From NCBI RefSeq assembly GCF_008831285.2, contig NC_045138.2, forward strand, positions 29,202,001-29,266,000: 64,000 nt of DNA. The letters are read 5' to 3'. The stretch comes from Nymphaea colorata (taxonomy: Eukaryota). A program made the position numbers and the translations under genes. Below, piece by piece: positions 61,515 through 64,000 of the stretch. Every line of letters starts with the position of its first letter. The stretch's first letter is position 1. The notes under the pieces were generated by a model, which was given only the letters and a program-made list of their open reading frames with translations, was not told the origin of the DNA and made no database searches.

Positions 61515-62419
61515 TTAGCGTGTCAATGGATTAGAAATTGATGTACCTTTTATTATATCTGAATATGATTTTTAAATTCACAATTTAAATCTTACTTTAT
61601 TTTTATATGTGAATATAAGTATACATAACTGAATCGAAACCACATTATGATACGTTAAAACCCCATTTTCAAAACGCATGAATATTGGACAAAACGTATC
61701 TATTTGAAGATGAGTTCAAAGATGGGATATTTGTTTAAAATTGAATAGCAATCTGATTTTGATCGGATATCATTTCCAAAATCTGAAATCCAATGGATGG
61801 TGGCATATTGTAACATTAGCATAGGATTTGATATTTAGAATAATGATGCCGATGAAAAAGAGAATTAGCAAGTTTTATTATGAAATAAATTCTAATTAGT
61901 AAACAAAGTGCCAACAAAACAAAGTACTTCAAGAAACAAGTCCAGTTGGATTTGTTACCGGAATTGGGCCGAATGATCTGATTCACGTCTAATTGGTGGC
62001 CAACTAAAATTTAACATCCAACTAAGAAATTGAATCGGATCTGTAAGATTTAAAAAACAAATCTGATTGGATTTAGTTTCATATTTCGTTTCAAACAGAT
62101 ACCCAATTAGACTGGGGCTCAGGTTATGACTAAAATTCAGTTTTAAATAAACGCCCATATAAAATATCAGTACATTCTGGAAGTCAGTTCTTAACATATT
62201 ACAATAGGACGCAGATTTAATTGTGCATTTAAAAGTCATATTCGGACTTAGATGTGAAAATAAAACCTGAATTCTGATTATGAACTGATCAAAATTTAGG
62301 TCCGAACATAACATAGACCTTTTTTTCATTTGTATTTGAATCTGAATATGTGAACATCTGGTAATTCAGATATGGCAAAAAGGTACATCCAATTCAAATC
62401 TAAGTAATTAACATCACTA
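61515..62419. mobile_element. Old hAT-type MITE-like region
   Basis: Starts TAGCGTGTCAATGGAT and ends TTAACATCACTA (compare the TIR of 10884-11353). Many GAATCGGAT / ATCTGA motifs. No clear TSD. Confidence 0.4.
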
Positions 62420-63057
62420 TATACAAGAGTACTTAAGATCAAATGTGTGTGTATATATATATATACATTTAAGTTGAGATGATATGAGGCCAAAAAAATA
62501 TCCTATCAAATTGGCGACGCCTACAATATACCTATACAAAATTTACTTGAAGTGATTTCATAATTGCGGAAGGATGATAGAAAAGTATTTAATACAACTA
62601 AGCAGGTGGTCAGCGATTCAGAAAATGTGTACAATTCAAATTCGATCCGACAACAAAAACTAAGTGATATGAAAAATTCAAATTGGTTTTTGCTATTAGG
62701 AAATTATTTTGAAGAGAAGAGTCCCGGTTGGTGCAGCTTCCATTCCCCTGATAATTTCTTGGTGATGCTTCATCAGCTTTCTTAATTATTTAATGAATTC
62801 TCCTCCTTTTTCTTCTTCTTCTTCTCTGGCTCTCTCTCTCCCTTCAATGATTGCTGGAATCAGAAGGAGCCGTTCATTAATTGGAATGTCTTGTCCCCAC
62901 TTGTTCATTTCATACGTACTGAAAGTGGAAAAACCAACTGCCCGTCGAGCGTTGGGAAGACGCATCCTCGTTGAAGTGGCGTTTACGCCATCAACAAAAT
63001 TCAGCACGGGCCGTGCAGACATCCAAATCCTCCCTCTCCGTGGATCGTAACATGTTC

Positions 63058-63059
<2 letters not shown>

Positions 63060-63096
<37 letters not shown>
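63060..63096. repeat. (TA)n microsatellite; a second one lies at ~63367-63409
   Basis: Read directly from the sequence. Confidence 0.95.
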
Positions 63097-63098
<2 letters not shown>

Positions 63099-63363
63099 TG
63101 TAGAGCAAGCTAAATTATGTGTCAGTCAGTAATACTTTAACTTTAACATATATCTCATTGATCTAACCCTGTAAACATGGTTTTTTAGTTGATCTAATAG
63201 AGGAAATATGTTAATGCGAGCAGACTATTTTCATAGTTTGTTAGTGTTTTTTTTTTTCTTGGCAATACAAAAAAAAATCGAATGACCCATATATATTTTT
63301 GCCAAAGTTTGATGTTAGAAATCAAGTTATTCTGTGCAGTATTCTAATGAAAGAATGACCCAT

Positions 63364-63410
<47 letters not shown>

Positions 63411-64000
63411 CTCTGCATGTTTCGAGAGAGAGAGAGAGGCATAAGTATATAAAGCCACTTAAATTAAAGATAAAACCATACTTTCTAAAATTAATGAATT
63501 ATCAAAGCACTTTTTGAAATATAATTTTATAGTTACAATTTTAAATAGGGATTTGATAGGAAACATACATTAAGTCGTCAATCATTTTTTCTATTCCAAA
63601 TATTTCTTTTTTCATAAAAAAAATTTAAGTGCGCTTGTAAAGCTGTAATTTTAAATTAATACCTTTACAAAAAAAATGGAACTAAGCCATATTTTGCATT
63701 AACATGTTCATGCTTTGTTCAAACTAATTTTTATGATAAATGCGGTCAATTTCTTTTTTTGTAGTAGAAGTGTTTTGAGATACGACACTTGTTCTTTATC
63801 TGGCCATAGCTTGTAGACTGCTCATCAACTTGATGCATATCCTCTTTTTGTATATAAATTACCTTTGAAAGTTGGCAACTCCCTTTCGAGGTAAATGGGC
63901 ATTTGGTTGTCACCAAAAATAAAGGCAGCAGAATTTCTTACATCTTAAGATGAAAACGGAAAAAAATAAAAATAATAGGATAAATACAAATAAAACAAAA

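Noticed and set aside
62786..63050. Short ORFs on both strands beside CT-rich and TA repeats
   Set aside because: No homology recognised; partly microsatellite-encoded.

Overview
AT-rich plant (angiosperm-type) nuclear DNA; the species cannot be determined from the sequence. I found no rRNA, tRNA or CRISPR features. The window is a birth-and-death cluster of intronless ATL-type RING-H2 E3 ligase genes, all on the + strand. Two look intact: 36444-37046, and 54539-55363, which carries two tandem RING-H2 domains. About nine are pseudogenes or remnants. A secreted cystatin-fold gene lacking the QxVxG motif lies on the - strand (45858-46244). Most of 9.6-44 kb is built from recent local segmental duplications (9650-14014 = 29252-33510; 20506-31148 = 37009-43927). 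Mobile DNA comprises an internally deleted Ty1/copia element with an exact TSD (24425-28301), a solo LTR splitting a RING domain, a TRIM, a probable SINE, and several hAT- and PIF/Harbinger-type non-autonomous elements. The most unusual structures are: a near-perfect 1.5-kb palindrome fused to a captured two-exon starch branching enzyme II fragment that sits where an ATL gene is expected; a second spacer-less hairpin made from the same SBEII fragment; a telomere-repeat patch at an apparent repair site; and a C>T/G>A mutation halo around the copia insertion. I cannot support a wholly new biological system here. All alignments and counts were done by eye, so they are approximate.
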